Below are positions 63,136 through 64,000 of a DNA stretch of 64,000 nt, in pieces. Origin of the DNA: Hemiscyllium ocellatum (lineage: Eukaryota); assembly GCF_020745735.1 (NCBI RefSeq), contig NC_083422.1:20956001-21020000 (forward strand), given 5' to 3'. The notes beneath the pieces are model-generated. The model saw only the letters and a list, made by a program, of their open reading frames with translations, was not told the origin of the DNA and ran no database searches. The position numbers were made by a program, and so were the translations under genes. Numbering within the stretch: position 1 is the stretch's first letter; each line of letters begins with the position of its first letter.

Positions 63136-64000
63136 TATGCCTAGGAATTGAATATTCAAGCATTTTGGAAGGACAGTAAAATAGGAAAAGGAATTGGAAT
63201 CACACTGATACTAAGGGATGGGATCAGTACATTAATAAAAGAGAATCTTGAATTCGAAGAACAAAATGTGGAATCTGTTTAGGGGCAGCTAAGAAACTGC
63301 ATGCGGCAGCAAGTATTAAGATGAGTTGTTCATCAGCCACGAGACTGTAATGGTTAAGTAAGCATGGTATTAATCAGGAGTTTAGAAAAACATCTGACAT
63401 GGGTAATCCAGTAATAATGGGTAATACCAATCAGCACATAGTCTGCATAACCTAATCAACATTAATGCTGTAGTGGATAGGTATCTAGGGATGTTAATCT
63501 AGAGCAGTATGTTGAGAAATCAACTGAAGAACAGGTTAGGAATAGAGCAGCTTCGGATGCTGCCTGAACTGCTGTGCTTTTCCAGCACCACTCTAATCTA
63601 GAATCTGGCTTCCAGCATCTGTCGTCATTGTTTTTACCTAAAGAACAGGTTATTTTGGTATTATATTATATAACAAAAATGATAATATTCTTCTTTTAAA
63701 ATAATCTTTAAGGATGAGTGACTACAATATAACAGAACATTATATTATATTTGAAAGTGATAGTTTAATCAGAAGCCTGAATGTTAAATTTGAACAAAGG
63801 TGTGAGGAACACACTGACTGATTTGGATTGGATCACTACACTAATAGCTATGATGGTACATTGCAATGGATAGTCTTTAAAGAATTATTCTACATTCCTT
63901 CAAGGTGCAAAAACTGTAAAAAAAATGTCCGTCAACTGTGACGAACAAAGAATGTTGAGGATTACATATGGCTAAAAGAAAAAACTATAAAGTTTCCTGA

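Overview
Eukaryotic, repeat-dense vertebrate DNA. The V-SINE/CR1 repeat complement and the TdT sequence point to a cartilaginous fish, probably a shark (inference). Two lymphocyte genes lie head-to-head. On the minus strand is a 75-nt first coding exon (1248-1322, missed by the ORF track) encoding the start of an SLP-76-family SAM domain, most likely BLNK. On the plus strand are coding exons 1 (28961-29172) and 2 (48154-48328) of DNTT (terminal deoxynucleotidyl transferase), which together give the NLS and BRCT domain. I found no DNTT exon 3, so it probably lies beyond the window. Most other ORFs I could assign are transposon relics: CR1 and CR1/L2-like LINEs, L1, RTE, Rex1/Babar, Penelope-like elements of two types, a fragmented Gypsy element, a split hAT transposase, a Harbinger-like Myb/SANT relic, a solo LTR, a Tigger-like MITE and about ten V-SINEs. 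The most unusual non-genic signal is a set of minimal hammerhead-ribozyme motifs carried by Penelope-derived elements. One copy has a fully intact core, and two others sit in fold-back palindromes inside DNTT introns. Repeat boundaries are by-eye estimates unless a target-site duplication is quoted. Family assignments come from recalled motifs, not database searches.
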